Source of the DNA: Thermodesulfobacteriota bacterium
GTDB lineage: Bacteria; Desulfobacterota; WTBG01; CAIYCZ01; CAIRTM01
Assembly (NCBI GenBank): GCA_026415325.1
Contig: JAOAHH010000052.1
Coordinates: 2,886-66,885 of the forward strand
Reading direction: 5' to 3'
Length of the DNA: 64,000 nt
Part shown: positions 48,882-60,900 of the stretch, one piece after another
Numbering within the stretch: position 1 is the stretch's first letter
Layout: the number at the start of each line of letters is the position of its first letter
Notes under the pieces: generated by a model
The model's database searches: none
What the model was told of the DNA's origin: nothing
Seen by the model: the letters and a program-made list of their open reading frames with translations, nothing else
Translations under genes and position numbers: made by a program

Positions 48882-51800
48882 CTAAATGGTCTGAACAAGA
48901 TGGGATCGGAGCTCTAAGGCTTTGCGGACAAGATCAAACACCTGGTGCATTTGGAAGGGTTTGTTGATGACAAAATCAATGCCAGCCTCGGTCCGCTGCT
49001 CCGCGGTAAGCGGTACTTCCCACCCCGTAATAAGGCACACGGGAATGGAACGATCGGCTTTTTTGATCTGCTCGGCAATCTGATAACCCGACATGCCGGG
49101 CATGCCAAGATCTGTGAATACCAGGTCAAACCGTTGCTGGGTAAACAGTTTCAAACCCTGCGGCCCTGATGCAGCGGCGACTGCCGTATGGCCGCCTGCC
49201 TCAAGAATATCGACTAGCGTATCGCGAACATCCTTTTCATCGTCGATGACAAGCACTGTTGCTGACGACGTTGTGGAGGGAACGGTCGGCTGTTCGGCAG
49301 GTGCTGCAGAATCTCGTGCAACGGGGAGTCGTATCAGAAAGGTGGTGCCTTTTCCCTCCTCGCTTTCAAACGTGATAGCTCCCTGATGTCGGTTGATAAT
49401 ACCGTAAGACACACTCATTCCTAGGCCGCTTGCCTGCGGGCCTTTTGTGGTGAAAAACGGATCAAAGATTTTGGTGCGATGCTCTTCAGGAATACCGAGG
49501 CCGGTATCACGAACCGTAATAAGCACATGGTTCGGCTCTGCTGCAGTCTGAATGACGATGTCGCCGCCGTGGGGCATTGCTTCAACGGCGTTTTTGATCA
49601 GGTTAATAAAGACTTCGCGAAGCTCTGTGGCGCTGCCCCGAATTGGCGGCACGGGCGTTTGATTTCTGATGATCCGTACTTTGACCCCCTGCGATTCGGC
49701 AGCGTCTTTCCAGAACGATCGGGTAAATTCAATGGCATCGGTGATAATATCGTTGATATTCAGCGCGGTGAATAGTCTATCCTCATCGCGGGTGCGGGAA
49801 AACTCCTGAATCCGTCGCACGGTTTCCGCTGCATCCAGTGCTGCCTTTTCAATAATATGCAGGCCTTTTTTCAATTCAATCCACGATGCCCGTCGCTCAG
49901 GGCCGCTGCCGGGTCGCTCCAGGAGTTTCAGCAGAAGCTGGGTCCTACCAAGGATGGCGGCAAGGACATTGTTGAAATCATGCGCCACGCCGCTTGCAAG
50001 TTCGCCCAGCGAGCGGAGCTTTTCGGCCTGCACCAATTGCCGTTCCATTGCCCGGCGCTGGGTCACATCGCGGATGATGGCAACGCCGGCGGTATATGCG
50101 CCTGATGCATCCCGGATCATGGAGGCATTCCACTCAAGCTCGACATAGCTTCCCTGAGGGGTTTTAAAAAAGGATTCATAGGTGACAAATCCTTTTTCCA
50201 TCAGTTCCTGAATTCGTTCCTGCACCATGCGGCGCATTTCGCGGTCATCAACGGTCAGCATGCTTGAGTGTTTGCCGATCAGTGATTCCCGCGGTAGCCC
50301 CGTGATCCGTTCCATTGCGCTGTTTGCCGACAGGATCTCACCGCCAAGCGAGGTGATGATAATACCGTCGCGGCTGCTTTCAATGATGCTTTCCATGAAC
50401 TCTTTTGCTTCCCGAATTTCACGCTCGGCCTTGCGCCGCTCGGTGATGTCACGCATGATGCCGACCGAACCGATGAGCTCGCCGGTTGCGGTTTTGTTCA
50501 GCACGGCGCTCAGCTCCACTGGCACGACAGTGCCTTTTTTCGTGTATAGATAGGTCTGCCAGTTGATAAGTTTATTTGTTTCAAACAGCTCATCCACATG
50601 AATCTGTGCATCCTTAAAATATTCCTCATCAATCACGAGTTCCTCACCGCTGCTCAAGCGGTAGGTTCCAGGCTCGGTGACCATAAATGTATTCAATCTC
50701 TTTCCGATAATTTCCGCGTCGCTTTCGATACCGTACAGATCGAGAAAATATCGGTTGACCTTTATAATATGACCGGTGCTGTCGCAGGCGACGATGGCAT
50801 CCTGGCTGCTTTCGATAATGTTGTTTAGTGAATCGCGTGTTTCGAGCAGCTCCTGAAGCATACGGTGCTGCTGGGTGGTGTCGCGCGATACACAGATGAC
50901 CGCGTTTACCGTGCCATCTTCCATAAGGGGCGAAAAGCTGGTATCGAAAAACTTTGCGGTGCCGTCGTGGGTAATGAATATATATTCGACCGCACCGACC
51001 CGCTCACCGTTGAGCGCCCGGTGAACCTGTTGCCGGAAATCCTCAAGATGCTCTGGTGCAATGATACCGGCTGCATCGATCGCTTTGCCGATGATGTCCT
51101 GTGCGTTGTAGCCGAGCACCGGCAGAACAGAGGGCGACATGCTGGCTACGGTATAGTCTGGCCGAACGGCATAGATGAGGTCTGAAACGTTTTCAAAATG
51201 GAGGCGGTAGGTATGCTCTGACTGTTCGAGCTGGCTGACGATAAGTTGCAGTCGCTCTGACATTTCGTTAAATGCGGCCGACAACCTGCCGACTTCGTCA
51301 CGCGAGGTCACCGGAATTCTGCGGCTGAAATCACTGCGGGCGATTTGCAGTGCTGCATTAATGAGTTGGTTTAAGGGGCGGGTGATGAGGGTGCCGATAA
51401 AGGCGAAGAAAATGAGCAGCATCGCAATGATCGCACTGCTTGCAGCAGCAGCCACAAGAACCGTCTCCTGTACCATGTGGATGATATGGACAAGGGAGAC
51501 GCAGACGACCAATGTGCCGATCCGGCTGCCGCGATACATGACCGGCATGCTGATGAATGCTCGCTCTTTTTCAAGCGTGAACCCCTCATCAAGTTGTTTA
51601 TGCTCGGCAAGGATACGTTCACCACGCGGCGCATTGACGGCAGCCACGATGGTGCCGTGTGCATCGTACACGATGGCAAAAACAAGCGTTCTATTTCTCC
51701 GCATCTCATCGATCTTTTTCTGCACTTCAGCCGTATTTCCCGCAGCAAGGTCCGCTCTAATCGTTGCTGCGGCAAAACCGACCACCTGCAGTGCTGCCTG

Positions 51801-51938
51801 CCGGGTGACGTACATGATCTGCTGTTGCAGATGGTAGGCGAAAAACAGCGTGATGAATAATCCGATACCAGCGCCGGCAACGGCAGTGCCGAGAAGGAGC
51901 TTTTTCCTGATGCTGAGATTCTTAAAAAACCCAACCAT
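48882..51938 (-). CDS. hybrid sensor histidine kinase (TM-HAMP-3xPAS-HisKA-HATPase-REC)
   Basis: H-box ([10 protein letters not shown]), N/G boxes, C-terminal receiver with DLGMPGMSG. Confidence 0.9.
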   Translation of the reverse strand: MVGFFKNLSIRKKLLLGTAVAGAGIGLFITLFFAYHLQQQIMYVTRQAALQVVGFAAATIRADLAAGNTAEVQKKIDEMRRNRTLVFAIVYDAHGTIVAAVNAPRGERILAEHKQLDEGFTLEKERAFISMPVMYRGSRIGTLVVCVSLVHIIHMVQETVLVAAAASSAIIAMLLIFFAFIGTLITRPLNQLINAALQIARSDFSRRIPVTSRDEVGRLSAAFNEMSERLQLIVSQLEQSEHTYRLHFENVSDLIYAVRPDYTVASMSPSVLPVLGYNAQDIIGKAIDAAGIIAPEHLEDFRQQVHRALNGERVGAVEYIFITHDGTAKFFDTSFSPLMEDGTVNAVICVSRDTTQQHRMLQELLETRDSLNNIIESSQDAIVACDSTGHIIKVNRYFLDLYGIESDAEIIGKRLNTFMVTEPGTYRLSSGEELVIDEEYFKDAQIHVDELFETNKLINWQTYLYTKKGTVVPVELSAVLNKTATGELIGSVGIMRDITERRKAEREIREAKEFMESIIESSRDGIIITSLGGEILSANSAMERITGLPRESLIGKHSSMLTVDDREMRRMVQERIQELMEKGFVTYESFFKTPQGSYVELEWNASMIRDASGAYTAGVAIIRDVTQRRAMERQLVQAEKLRSLGELASGVAHDFNNVLAAILGRTQLLLKLLERPGSGPERRASWIELKKGLHIIEKAALDAAETVRRIQEFSRTRDEDRLFTALNINDIITDAIEFTRSFWKDAAESQGVKVRIIRNQTPVPPIRGSATELREVFINLIKNAVEAMPHGGDIVIQTAAEPNHVLITVRDTGLGIPEEHRTKIFDPFFTTKGPQASGLGMSVSYGIINRHQGAITFESEEGKGTTFLIRLPVARDSAAPAEQPTVPSTTSSATVLVIDDEKDVRDTLVDILEAGGHTAVAAASGPQGLKLFTQQRFDLVFTDLGMPGMSGYQIAEQIKKADRSIPVCLITGWEVPLTAEQRTEAGIDFVINKPFQMHQVFDLVRKALELRSHLVQTI

Positions 51939-52171
51939 GGTATATGGCTCTCCAAATCAACTCAGTTGTATTTCGGCTTGAAGCACACCGGTGTTTAATC
52001 TATTTTGCCGTATGTTGCTGCATCCTTTATAGTCGATGATCACGGTTTTTGCCTGGACCCGGCATTTTGGTTCATCTTGACGGCTATGATCACGACAAGT
52101 TTCCGGTTGCGTTTTCCGGAAGAGCGTTATATAGACAAAGACCATAAGGGCACCACACGGGGGGAATGCCT

Positions 52172-52366
52172 ATGAAAATCAACGAGATACGTGCAAAGGC
52201 AAAGGCTCTTGGGCTGAATATTGCTCTTGGGATGAAAAAACCAGACATCATCAGGGCGATTCAGATCCGGGAAGGTAATACACCCTGTTTTCAAACCAAT
52301 CCCGATCAGTGCGGCCAAAGCGGATGCCTCTGGCGGCAGGATTGTTTAAAAGCGTGCCGGAAATAA
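52172..52366 (+). CDS. small protein with Rho_N-like helical domain and Cys-rich tail (6 Cys in the last 25 aa)
   Basis: INEIRAKAKALGLNIALGMKKPDIIRAIQ resembles the Rho N-terminal/SAP-like motif. Start set to the second ATG (52172) for GGGGGG Shine-Dalgarno spacing. Confidence 0.5.
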   Translation: MKINEIRAKAKALGLNIALGMKKPDIIRAIQIREGNTPCFQTNPDQCGQSGCLWRQDCLKACRK

Positions 52367-52393
52367 CATAATGTGAGATAACGGTAGTCGGAT

Positions 52394-52960
52394 ATGATAC
52401 GGGCTTTTGTTGTGTGCTGTGCAACGATCTTTTTAAGTGTAGGCCACGGTATGTCTGCCCTTGCGCAGGAGCGCCCATGCGTTGTTCTTGAAACCAATAA
52501 AGGGAATATTACGATCGAGCTCTATCCTGACAAAGCACCGGTCACGGTTAAGAACTTTCTTGCCTATGTGGATGCCGGATTTTACGACGGCACCATCTTT
52601 CACCGCGTGATTCCGAACTTTATGATCCAAGGCGGAGGGCTGACGCCGGATATGCGTCAAAAGCAGACGTTGCCGCCGATCAAGAACGAAGCAGACAACG
52701 GTCTGCGCAACAGCCGCGGTACGGTGGCAATGGCACGTACGCAGGAGATCAACAGTGCAACATCGCAGTTTTTTATCAATGTTGTCGACAATGCCTTCCT
52801 CGATCACGGGGTCAGAGATTTCGGGTATGCCGTATTCGGCAGAGTGACATCAGGGATGGACGTTGTCGACCGCATCGCCAGTGTTCGCACTGGAACTGTC
52901 GGCACATTTCGTGACGCCCCGCTGGAACCGGTACTTATTCTCAGGGCGCGTCGTCAATAA
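52394..52960 (+). CDS. ppiA: secreted cyclophilin-type peptidyl-prolyl cis-trans isomerase
   Basis: Signal peptide, then [21 protein letters not shown]...[13 protein letters not shown]. Confidence 0.9.
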   Translation: MIRAFVVCCATIFLSVGHGMSALAQERPCVVLETNKGNITIELYPDKAPVTVKNFLAYVDAGFYDGTIFHRVIPNFMIQGGGLTPDMRQKQTLPPIKNEADNGLRNSRGTVAMARTQEINSATSQFFINVVDNAFLDHGVRDFGYAVFGRVTSGMDVVDRIASVRTGTVGTFRDAPLEPVLILRARRQ

Positions 52961-53002
52961 GACTGCTGCCGGACATCCAAGGGTATCCTGAGGATATACC
53001 GT

Positions 53003-54070
53003 ATGGCATCACGCCCGCCTTTTTCAGCACCGCTTGCTGCAGACAGTGTTGCGGTGTTTTATCACGCCATTCCCAAACTCCTTGTTTTTATCAGCGATAA
53101 GATACTGCTCGACAGCCGATTTCAGGAACCATGTTGTTCGGAACATGCAGAAACGATCGCTGAATTCAACCGGCGTTTGAGCGGTCTGCTGCTTGCGGCA
53201 TACGGTTTTGGCCTCTATGATTGTCTTCATGAAGCCTTTCCGGAGTGTATCGCATTGCTTGCAGGTCGTGGGGTTCCTGTTGACAGGGTTCCGATGCTGT
53301 TGCAGACGTGGATTATCGGTATTGAGTGCCTCATCCGACGCTCTGTTGCTGAGCAGCTTGTTCCTGCACTCCACCGGCTGACCTCATGCAGTGCGGGGTT
53401 GTCACAACAGGCGCTTGCCCCTGACCCGCCGCTTGAAGGACATGCCGGAGCTTTTTACGATTTACTGGCAGCACGGAACAGAAAGTTTGCTGCCGAATAC
53501 ATCCTATCCCGCATTCGTGAAGGCACCTCAATTGAAGACGTCTACGGCCGGGTACTGCTTCCTGCCCGCGAGCGCATCAAGCGCCTGTGGTGTAAAAACC
53601 GCCTCAGTGCGGCTGATGTGCAGACGGCAGAGGATATCTGCCGCTATGTCATGTTTCGCGTTATCGACAGTGTGTTCGGCGAGCGACGGTATCCTTTTAA
53701 GGCAATGGTTGCCTGTGTGCAGGGCGAGGAAGATCCCTTAAGCGCCGAGGTGCTGGCAAATTTTCTTGAAATCAAAGGGTGGTCTGTTTTGTTCCTCGGA
53801 CACGATGCTTCAGATGAGGATGTTCTCCACGCAGTCAGCGTGAACACACCGAACGTTGTGGTACTCTCGGTCGCATCGGTTTCACGCCTTTATGAAGGAC
53901 GTGCCCTGCTTATGCGACTCAAATCGGAGTTTCCTGGCATGCAGGTTGTTGGCTACGGGTCGGCAATAATGCGCGCGCGCGATGCGTTTGAACCATTGAC
54001 AAACGCGCTGATTACCGGATTTGAACAGGGACATGCTGCGATGCTCCAATTGGTTATAGCGCATGCGTAG
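53003..54070 (+). CDS. cobalamin-binding-fold protein (B12-binding_2 helical bundle + Rossmann B12-binding-like domain) lacking canonical His ligands
   Basis: C-terminal domain aligns to the DxHxxG...GG Rossmann pattern but reads GEEDPLS (no His). The upstream helical domain has W...AEDI instead of W...EH. Confidence 0.65.
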   Translation: MASRPPFSAPLAADSVAVFYHAIPKLLVFISDKILLDSRFQEPCCSEHAETIAEFNRRLSGLLLAAYGFGLYDCLHEAFPECIALLAGRGVPVDRVPMLLQTWIIGIECLIRRSVAEQLVPALHRLTSCSAGLSQQALAPDPPLEGHAGAFYDLLAARNRKFAAEYILSRIREGTSIEDVYGRVLLPARERIKRLWCKNRLSAADVQTAEDICRYVMFRVIDSVFGERRYPFKAMVACVQGEEDPLSAEVLANFLEIKGWSVLFLGHDASDEDVLHAVSVNTPNVVVLSVASVSRLYEGRALLMRLKSEFPGMQVVGYGSAIMRARDAFEPLTNALITGFEQGHAAMLQLVIAHA

Positions 54071-55184
54071 TCTGGTTGCACTTAAGATTCTCCTCCATGA
54101 CCGGGCGACCACACTGGGATCGCTGATCGGCGTTATTGCCATTGTGTTTCTCGTGGGGCAGCAGCTTGCCGTGCTGTTCGGGCTGTTTACCTTTATGTCA
54201 GTACTGGTCGATCACAGCGGTGCGGATATCTGGGTTTGCTCAAAGCACACCAGCAATGTCAACAGTGCAGGACTTATCCCCGAGCGATACCTTGATCGGA
54301 TCAGCGGGCTTCCCTTTGTTGTGTGGGCAGAGCCGCTGCTTTTTGGGAATGGTACGTTCGTGACCGCACAAGGAACCAATGAGTCGGTGCAGGTTGTGGG
54401 ACTGCGCATGCCGCGGGCTGCTGCAGGACCGTGGCGGTTTTTTAAAGGCGGATCCGAGGGGTTACTCGATCATGAAGGTATTACCCTTGACCGACTCGAC
54501 TTGCGGATGTTCGGGAACCCAGAATACGGCAAGGTTTATGAAATCAACTCGGTCAGGGTCAGGGTCAGCGGTATCACACAGAGCATCAAAGGATTTGCCG
54601 GCAGACTGGTCTTTACCAATATGGTCAAGGCACGTGAGATTCTCAAAACGCCACCCGGACGCTGCAGGGCAATATTGGTGAAACTTGCCGATGGCATTGA
54701 CCGTGCCGCGGCAATCACGCAGCTTCAGGCAATGCTGCCCGCCGCCGAGGTTATTGCTGCTGCGGATCTCTCTGCGTTAACCCGCATCTATTATGTCAAG
54801 AACACGGGTATGGGAGGCAGTTTTGGGTTTTCAACCATTGTGGGTGCACTCGTTGGCATTATCATTATTACGCTGACGATGTACACGGCGGTTTTGCAGC
54901 GCCAGAAGGACTTTGCTGTCCTGCGGGCGCTCGGTGCCAGGAAAAGAGATATTTTGATTATTGTGTTGTTGCAGTCGCTGATGATCGGTGTGGCAGGGAT
55001 TTTTATCGGTTTTCTTCTGCTGTCACTGTTTTTGCAGGCAACACTCGATACGCCGCTGCCAAGCTATATGCCTCTTGCTGCAGCACCTGTGCTTGCCGTT
55101 GGGACGCTCCTGCTGTGCATACTCGGGTCGGTGCTTGCCATGCGGAAAGCGGTGAGTATTGAGCCGGCATCAGTGTTTCGATAA
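54063..55184 (+). CDS. ABC transporter permease, FtsX/MacB/DevC-like
   Basis: N-terminal TM, large periplasmic domain, C-terminal FtsX-like 3-TM bundle (LRALGARKRDIL). Confidence 0.85.
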   Translation: MRSLVALKILLHDRATTLGSLIGVIAIVFLVGQQLAVLFGLFTFMSVLVDHSGADIWVCSKHTSNVNSAGLIPERYLDRISGLPFVVWAEPLLFGNGTFVTAQGTNESVQVVGLRMPRAAAGPWRFFKGGSEGLLDHEGITLDRLDLRMFGNPEYGKVYEINSVRVRVSGITQSIKGFAGRLVFTNMVKAREILKTPPGRCRAILVKLADGIDRAAAITQLQAMLPAAEVIAAADLSALTRIYYVKNTGMGGSFGFSTIVGALVGIIIITLTMYTAVLQRQKDFAVLRALGARKRDILIIVLLQSLMIGVAGIFIGFLLLSLFLQATLDTPLPSYMPLAAAPVLAVGTLLLCILGSVLAMRKAVSIEPASVFR

Positions 55185-55275
55185 ACCCGGGGTGCGTTCT
55201 GAGTACTGAGTCTTCAAGTATTATTTACTCGGCACCCTGTATGCAACACGCAGTACTCCTTATTACAGGCGCAAT

Positions 55276-55989
55276 ATGCCCCAACCCATCCTTCAGCTTG
55301 AACGCGTTGCCCGGGATTTTTTTGACGGCAAGACGCAGCGTCGGGTGCTTTATGAAACAGATCTTGCGTTGTATCCTGGTGAGCTGACGATTCTTGCAGG
55401 GCCATCGGGCAGCGGCAAAACGACCCTGTTGACCATTATGGGGCTCGTGCTGAAACCGTCGGCTGGCGATGTTGTTGTTGCCGGCGAACGGGTGACCCAT
55501 TTACCCGAACACAAACTCGCATCAGTGCGCCGGATGCGGTACGGATTTGTGTTTCAGCTTGCCGAGTTGCTTCCTGCGCTGTCGGTTGTCGAAAATGTCA
55601 TTGTTGCCGCAGGCATCCAGGGTGGGCAGGTGTCTGCTGACGTGCGTGCACGCGCTCTTGCCTTGCTTGAGAGCTTTGGCCTTAGCGATTGTCTCGGGCT
55701 TAAACCGCTGCAGCTTTCCGGCGGGCAGAAACAACGCGTTGCGATTGCGCGCGCCTTGATCAACGATCCGTCAATTCTGCTCTGTGATGAACCAACGTCG
55801 GCGCTTGATGCAGAATCCAGTACCATCGTGCTCGATACACTGAAACAGCTCTCCCGGGATACGCACCGGGCACTCTTGCTGGTTACTCATGACCCCCGTG
55901 TGTTTCCGTATGCTGATCGACTGTTAAAGATTGACAACGGCCGCATTATCTTCGATTCCCGACATCCGTTGCCGGAGGAGAACCTATGA
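55276..55989 (+). CDS. ABC transporter ATP-binding protein (MacB/LolD/DevA-like)
   Basis: Walker A GPSGSGKTT, signature LSGGQKQRV, Walker B LLCDEPTSALD. Confidence 0.9.
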   Translation: MPQPILQLERVARDFFDGKTQRRVLYETDLALYPGELTILAGPSGSGKTTLLTIMGLVLKPSAGDVVVAGERVTHLPEHKLASVRRMRYGFVFQLAELLPALSVVENVIVAAGIQGGQVSADVRARALALLESFGLSDCLGLKPLQLSGGQKQRVAIARALINDPSILLCDEPTSALDAESSTIVLDTLKQLSRDTHRALLLVTHDPRVFPYADRLLKIDNGRIIFDSRHPLPEENL

Positions 55990-56849
55990 AACGCATGCGC
56001 CTCGCCGTTCTTGTTGCAATCATCGCTGCAGGAAGCATGGTTATTGTTATCAGCCTTAAAAAATCTTCGGCACCGCCACAGGTTGCGCCGCCGCCAGCGC
56101 TCGAAAAGGCACCGGTTCGGGTGTACGGCACAGTCGAGCCAGCGGGCAGGGAAGTGGTGGTGAGTCCGCCGATGAGCCGGCGCGTAGTTGAGGTGTTTGT
56201 GAGGGAAGGCGACCGGGTGCATATTGGGCAGCGGTTGTGTGAACTGGAGAGCACGGTTGAACAGGCACAAGTTGAGCTTGCACAGGCACGGGTTGCAACG
56301 GCACAGAAATCGCTTGAGATAAGCTTTGACGAACTCACGCGAAGCAAAAGTTTGTTTGCACGGCAGGTTGATTCGGACTACAAATTCACGCAGGCCAGGC
56401 TGCAACACGAGCTCGAGCTGCGGCGTCTCAAAGCAGCGATCAGCGAGCTTAATGTAGCACAGGCACAGCGCGAACAGTGCGTGTTACGCTCCCCGCTTGA
56501 AGGCATCGTGTACAAGTTTGACGTGCGGGTCGGCGAAACACTGCAGGCCGGCGACAATACCAAAATAATCCTCGGCTCGCCTGATCTGTGGGTGCGACTT
56601 GCCGTAGAGTCCTTCTGGAGAAACCGGGTGCACGACAATGCGACCTGTGAGGTGTTCGATTCAGAAACACAAGCGTTTCTCGGCACCGGAACCGTGTGCT
56701 CCCGTGTGTACGTTATGGGAAGGCGCAATTTTAGAACCGAAGATACTCAGGAGCGTTTTGATACCAAGTTTCAGGAGGTAATTGTGGCACTGCGACCTGC
56801 ACAGAGAGAAATTCCACTTGGGCTGTCGGTTGTAGCGGTTTTTAAATAG
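55986..56849 (+). CDS. HlyD-family periplasmic adaptor (membrane fusion protein, DevB-like)
   Basis: N-terminal TM, coiled-coil hairpin, beta-barrel. Start overlaps the ATPase stop. Confidence 0.8.
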   Translation: MKRMRLAVLVAIIAAGSMVIVISLKKSSAPPQVAPPPALEKAPVRVYGTVEPAGREVVVSPPMSRRVVEVFVREGDRVHIGQRLCELESTVEQAQVELAQARVATAQKSLEISFDELTRSKSLFARQVDSDYKFTQARLQHELELRRLKAAISELNVAQAQREQCVLRSPLEGIVYKFDVRVGETLQAGDNTKIILGSPDLWVRLAVESFWRNRVHDNATCEVFDSETQAFLGTGTVCSRVYVMGRRNFRTEDTQERFDTKFQEVIVALRPAQREIPLGLSVVAVFK

Positions 56850-56873
56850 AACGGTTCTGCAATGGAGGGGGGG

Positions 56874-57830
56874 TCAGTTGATTTCAATATATGCTTTTGC
56901 CTTAAGCCCTTCAAGATAGTCCCGCACGCGCTTTTCAAATTCAATGCCGTAGAGAATGCCTCTAATTTCGCGCGACCGATCCTGCAATGAAGCATTGTCG
57001 CTCTCGGACGCATCGCGGTCAATAACCTTGATAATATGGAACCCGAGTTCTGTTTTGATGACCGGGCTTACCTGTCCCGGTTCGAGGGAAAACACCGCTG
57101 TTTCGAGCTCGGGCATAAGCTCGCCCCGGTAAAAATACCCCAGATCACCGCCTTGCTGTGCACCCGCTCCCTGCGAATACTTTGCTGCAAGGGCACCGAA
57201 GTCCTCACCGGCAAGAATCCGGTCACGCAGCGATGATGCAGTTCGCTCGATTTCGGTTATTTTTTTCGCAGTCGCATCTTTGGGAATCAGCAGCAGAATC
57301 TGCTGGATGCGTACCCGCGGACCTTTTTTTTCCTGTTGGCGCATGGATTGATTATAATAATCCTGCACGTCTTTATCCGTGATGGTAATTTTAGAATGAA
57401 CCTGCCTGCCGATGACATGCGATTGCATGATTTCATCATGGAGGAGGCTGCGATAGGCGGCAAGCGTGAGCCCCTGTTTGTTAAGCTCTGCTTCAAGCTG
57501 CGCAAGGGTCAGGTTGTTGCGTTTGAGAATGTCGCTGAGCGCAGCATCGATTTCCTTCTCTTTGACCTCGATCTCGAGTTTTTTTGCTTCCTGCAGGATG
57601 AGTTTTCGCTCGATCAGACTTTCAAGAAGCTGCCGGTCAACGTCTTTGCCCATAGGTTTTTCCGGAGAACCGAAAAAGAGCATGGTTTTATAGCGGGTCA
57701 ATTCTGATTGGGTAATGATCTCTCCATTGACGGTTGCGAGAATGCGGTCGATAACCTCTGCGCCCACATGCGAAGGCAAGATGATATGTGCTGCACATAT
57801 AAGTATGGAGAGAAAAGATGCAATCTTCAT
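56874..57830 (-). CDS. periplasmic parvulin-type peptidyl-prolyl isomerase (SurA/PrsA-like)
   Basis: Signal peptide, SurA-like N-terminal chaperone region, parvulin domain (GGDLGYF...GFHIIKV). Confidence 0.8.
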   Translation of the reverse strand: MKIASFLSILICAAHIILPSHVGAEVIDRILATVNGEIITQSELTRYKTMLFFGSPEKPMGKDVDRQLLESLIERKLILQEAKKLEIEVKEKEIDAALSDILKRNNLTLAQLEAELNKQGLTLAAYRSLLHDEIMQSHVIGRQVHSKITITDKDVQDYYNQSMRQQEKKGPRVRIQQILLLIPKDATAKKITEIERTASSLRDRILAGEDFGALAAKYSQGAGAQQGGDLGYFYRGELMPELETAVFSLEPGQVSPVIKTELGFHIIKVIDRDASESDNASLQDRSREIRGILYGIEFEKRVRDYLEGLKAKAYIEIN

Positions 57831-57910
57831 AGACCATCACCACGACTGTGGAGAGGTTTATAGCATGATTGCCGAGTCTATGAAAAGAGTTTTCGACCAA
57901 TGCGGAGCAG

Positions 57911-60900
57911 CTACACTCCTGTGGTGCTCTCAAGGGCGGTGCGCACGGTAGCGGCAAGCTCAGCGCGGTTGAACGGTTTAAGAACAAATCCTCTGATGCC
58001 GATTGCTCGGGCTTTGTCCTCAGATACAGTTTCGCTGTAGCCCGTGCAGAGGATGATCGGCATACTTGGCCGCACGGCAAGTATCTTTTGCGCAAGATCA
58101 AAGCCGGTCATGCCCGGCATGGTTTGATCCGTGATGACAAGATCGAATGATTCCGGACGTTTCAGGAACATCCCCAGGGCTTCGGCACCGGTATGGGCAG
58201 CGGTGACCCGATAGCCAAGCGAGGTGAGGATGCCGGAACACACTGTGAGCAAATCCTCCTCGTCATCAACCAGCAACACTGATTCGGTACCATGTGGTAC
58301 AAGGGGAGTTTCTTCGGTCTGGCGCGAAGTACTGTGATGGATCTTCGGGAATATGATAAAAAACGTTGTGCCCTGTCCCACGTGACTCTCAACCCGCAGC
58401 GCTCCATTGTGGCTTTTGACAATGCCGTGGACAACCGCTAGCCCCATACCGCTTCCCTGTCCAACTTCTTTTGTGGTGAAAAACGGATCGAAAATTCTGT
58501 CGATGATATCAGGACTGATCCCGGTGCCGGTATCGCTGACTGTGAGCTGTACATACTCGCCGGGAGCGGTTTCGGGAAACAGGGCAGCCTGTTCAGCATC
58601 AAACAGCACCGTTTCAACAGCTAACGTGAGCGTGCCGCCGGTGTCCCGCATGGCATGGGCGGCATTGGTTGCAAGGTTAATCAATACTTGTTGTATCTGT
58701 GTCGGGTCGCCCATGATTGCGGCATTCTCGTCAATGATACGGGTAGTGATCGTAATTGTTGACGGCAGGGTCGGGCGCAGCAATTTCAGTGCTTCGGTGA
58801 TGATCGCAGCGAACACGAGCGGCTGATGCCCGATTTGGCTTTTCCTGCTGAATGCAAGGATTTGCTGGACAAGGTTCTTTGCGCGATCGGCTGCCTTCAA
58901 AATTTGCGCTAAATTGTAGCGCAGGTTGCCGGTCTCCGGAGCGTATTCTGCGGCAAGCTCGGTATAGCCGATGATAGCACTGAGGATATTGTTGAAGTCG
59001 TGGGCAATGCCGCCGGCAAGGGTGCCAATCGCCTCCATTTTCTGCGCATGCCGGAGCTGTTGTTCAAGGGTGAGTTCTTTGGTAATGTCGCGGCCGAGAG
59101 AGACATAGCCGACAACAGCACCACCTGCATCACGGATCGGCGAAATCACGGTATCGAGTTCATAATGTTTGCCGGTTTTATCGACATTCGTCATCTGACC
59201 CCGCCAGACATTGCCGCTTTGGAGGGTTTCCCAAATGCTGCGGTAAAAGTCTGAGGTGTAGATGCCGTGGGTGGTAAAAAAAGGATTTTTCCCCATCACC
59301 TCTGCGTTGGTGAAACCGGTCAGCTGTTCGATTGCAGGATTGATATATTGAATGCTTCCGTCGGCAGCCATGATCATCACGGTTTCCGCAGCATGTTGGA
59401 TTGCAGCAGCAAATTGCTCAAGCTGATGCTCCATTTTCCGTTGCTCGGTCACGTCCTGCAGAATGCCGTACACCCGAACTGGCTTGTTAGTGATGTCACG
59501 TTCGATGATCGCGCGTGTTGTAAACGTTCGAAGCTCCCCATTTTTTCTGATAATCCGGCGTTCATCTTCCATTTCTCTGGGCATCTGCTCAACGGCATGC
59601 TGATGGAGCTGGAGTAAGGAATTGCGATCCTCTTCATGGACATGCCACAGGATGCAATCAAATGACGGAGACACTTCGCCCGGTGTATAGCCGAGCAGGC
59701 GGTAGAGCTCGTCCGACCAATAGAGTGTGCCGGTGGCAAGGTCGAGCTCCCAGCTCCCAAGCTGGGCAATAGACTGCGCACGGTCGAGAAGCTGCTTGCT
59801 TCGCGCAATGGCCTCTTCGGCCTGTTTGCGCTCGGTAATATCGCGCATGACGGTTGAAAGATAGAGCAAGGTGCCGTCGCTGCTTTTATGGGACATGATA
59901 TACTGAGATACGGGAATCTCTTTGCCGTTGCGATGCAGCAGGGCGGTTTCCCCTGACCATGAACCATCGCGGATTGCCGCGGGAACACCTTCCTGCATAA
60001 TTTTGCTATAGGCCCATGCCGGATGCAAATCCTTAATGAATCTGCTTGTTACCGGTGTATCCTCATCCCACCCGACAAGTCTTTTGCCGGGGGCATTGAT
60101 GTATTGCAATCTGCCGTCGGGCAGCGCGGTTGAGATGAAATCAAGGGTTGCGTCAAAAATTGCAAGCAGACGTTCACGCTCGGCCTCTGCTTGTTTTCGC
60201 TCGCTCAGATCGCGGACAAATGCCCAGTACCCGATGTGATTGCCCTGAGTATCTTTTTTGATATATGCCTGCAGCTCAATCGGAAAGACGTGACCGTCTT
60301 TGTGGCGGTATTCTTTTTCATAGGGTGCGGAATAGCCGTGCACGGCAACCTGATTGAGTAAAATCGCACGCTCCATCTCGTGCCATTTCGGCGGCGTCAG
60401 GTCTTCATAGCGCATCCATAGCAGCTCATCACGGGTATAACCGGTAATGCGTTCGAATGCAGGATTGCATTCAATAAAGCGGCCTTGCAGGTCGATGGCG
60501 CAGCATCCGTCCCGAAGCTCCTGATAGAAGGTACGGTACCGCTCCTCACTTTCCCGCAGGCTTTCTTCGCTTGCCTTAAGCTGTTGCACGGTTGCCATCA
60601 GTTCTTGATTGAGACCGATGAGCTTCTGCTCTCGTTCAGAAAGTTCTGCCACAGCCCACTGCAATTTAAGCTCTGCTTCCCTGCGGGCGGAAATGTCACG
60701 AACAAATTCAACGACGGCGACAACGGCGCCGGTATCGTCTTTCATGGGATAGCTGTACACTTCAAGCCACGTTACCGCAGAACCCTGAGGGCCGGGTACG
60801 ATATCGGATTCAAGCATGCCGGATGTCAGACAGCGGACGCTCGGGCAGGGATTACAGGGATGATCGGAGTGATGATAGCACTGAAAACATTTTTTGCCTT

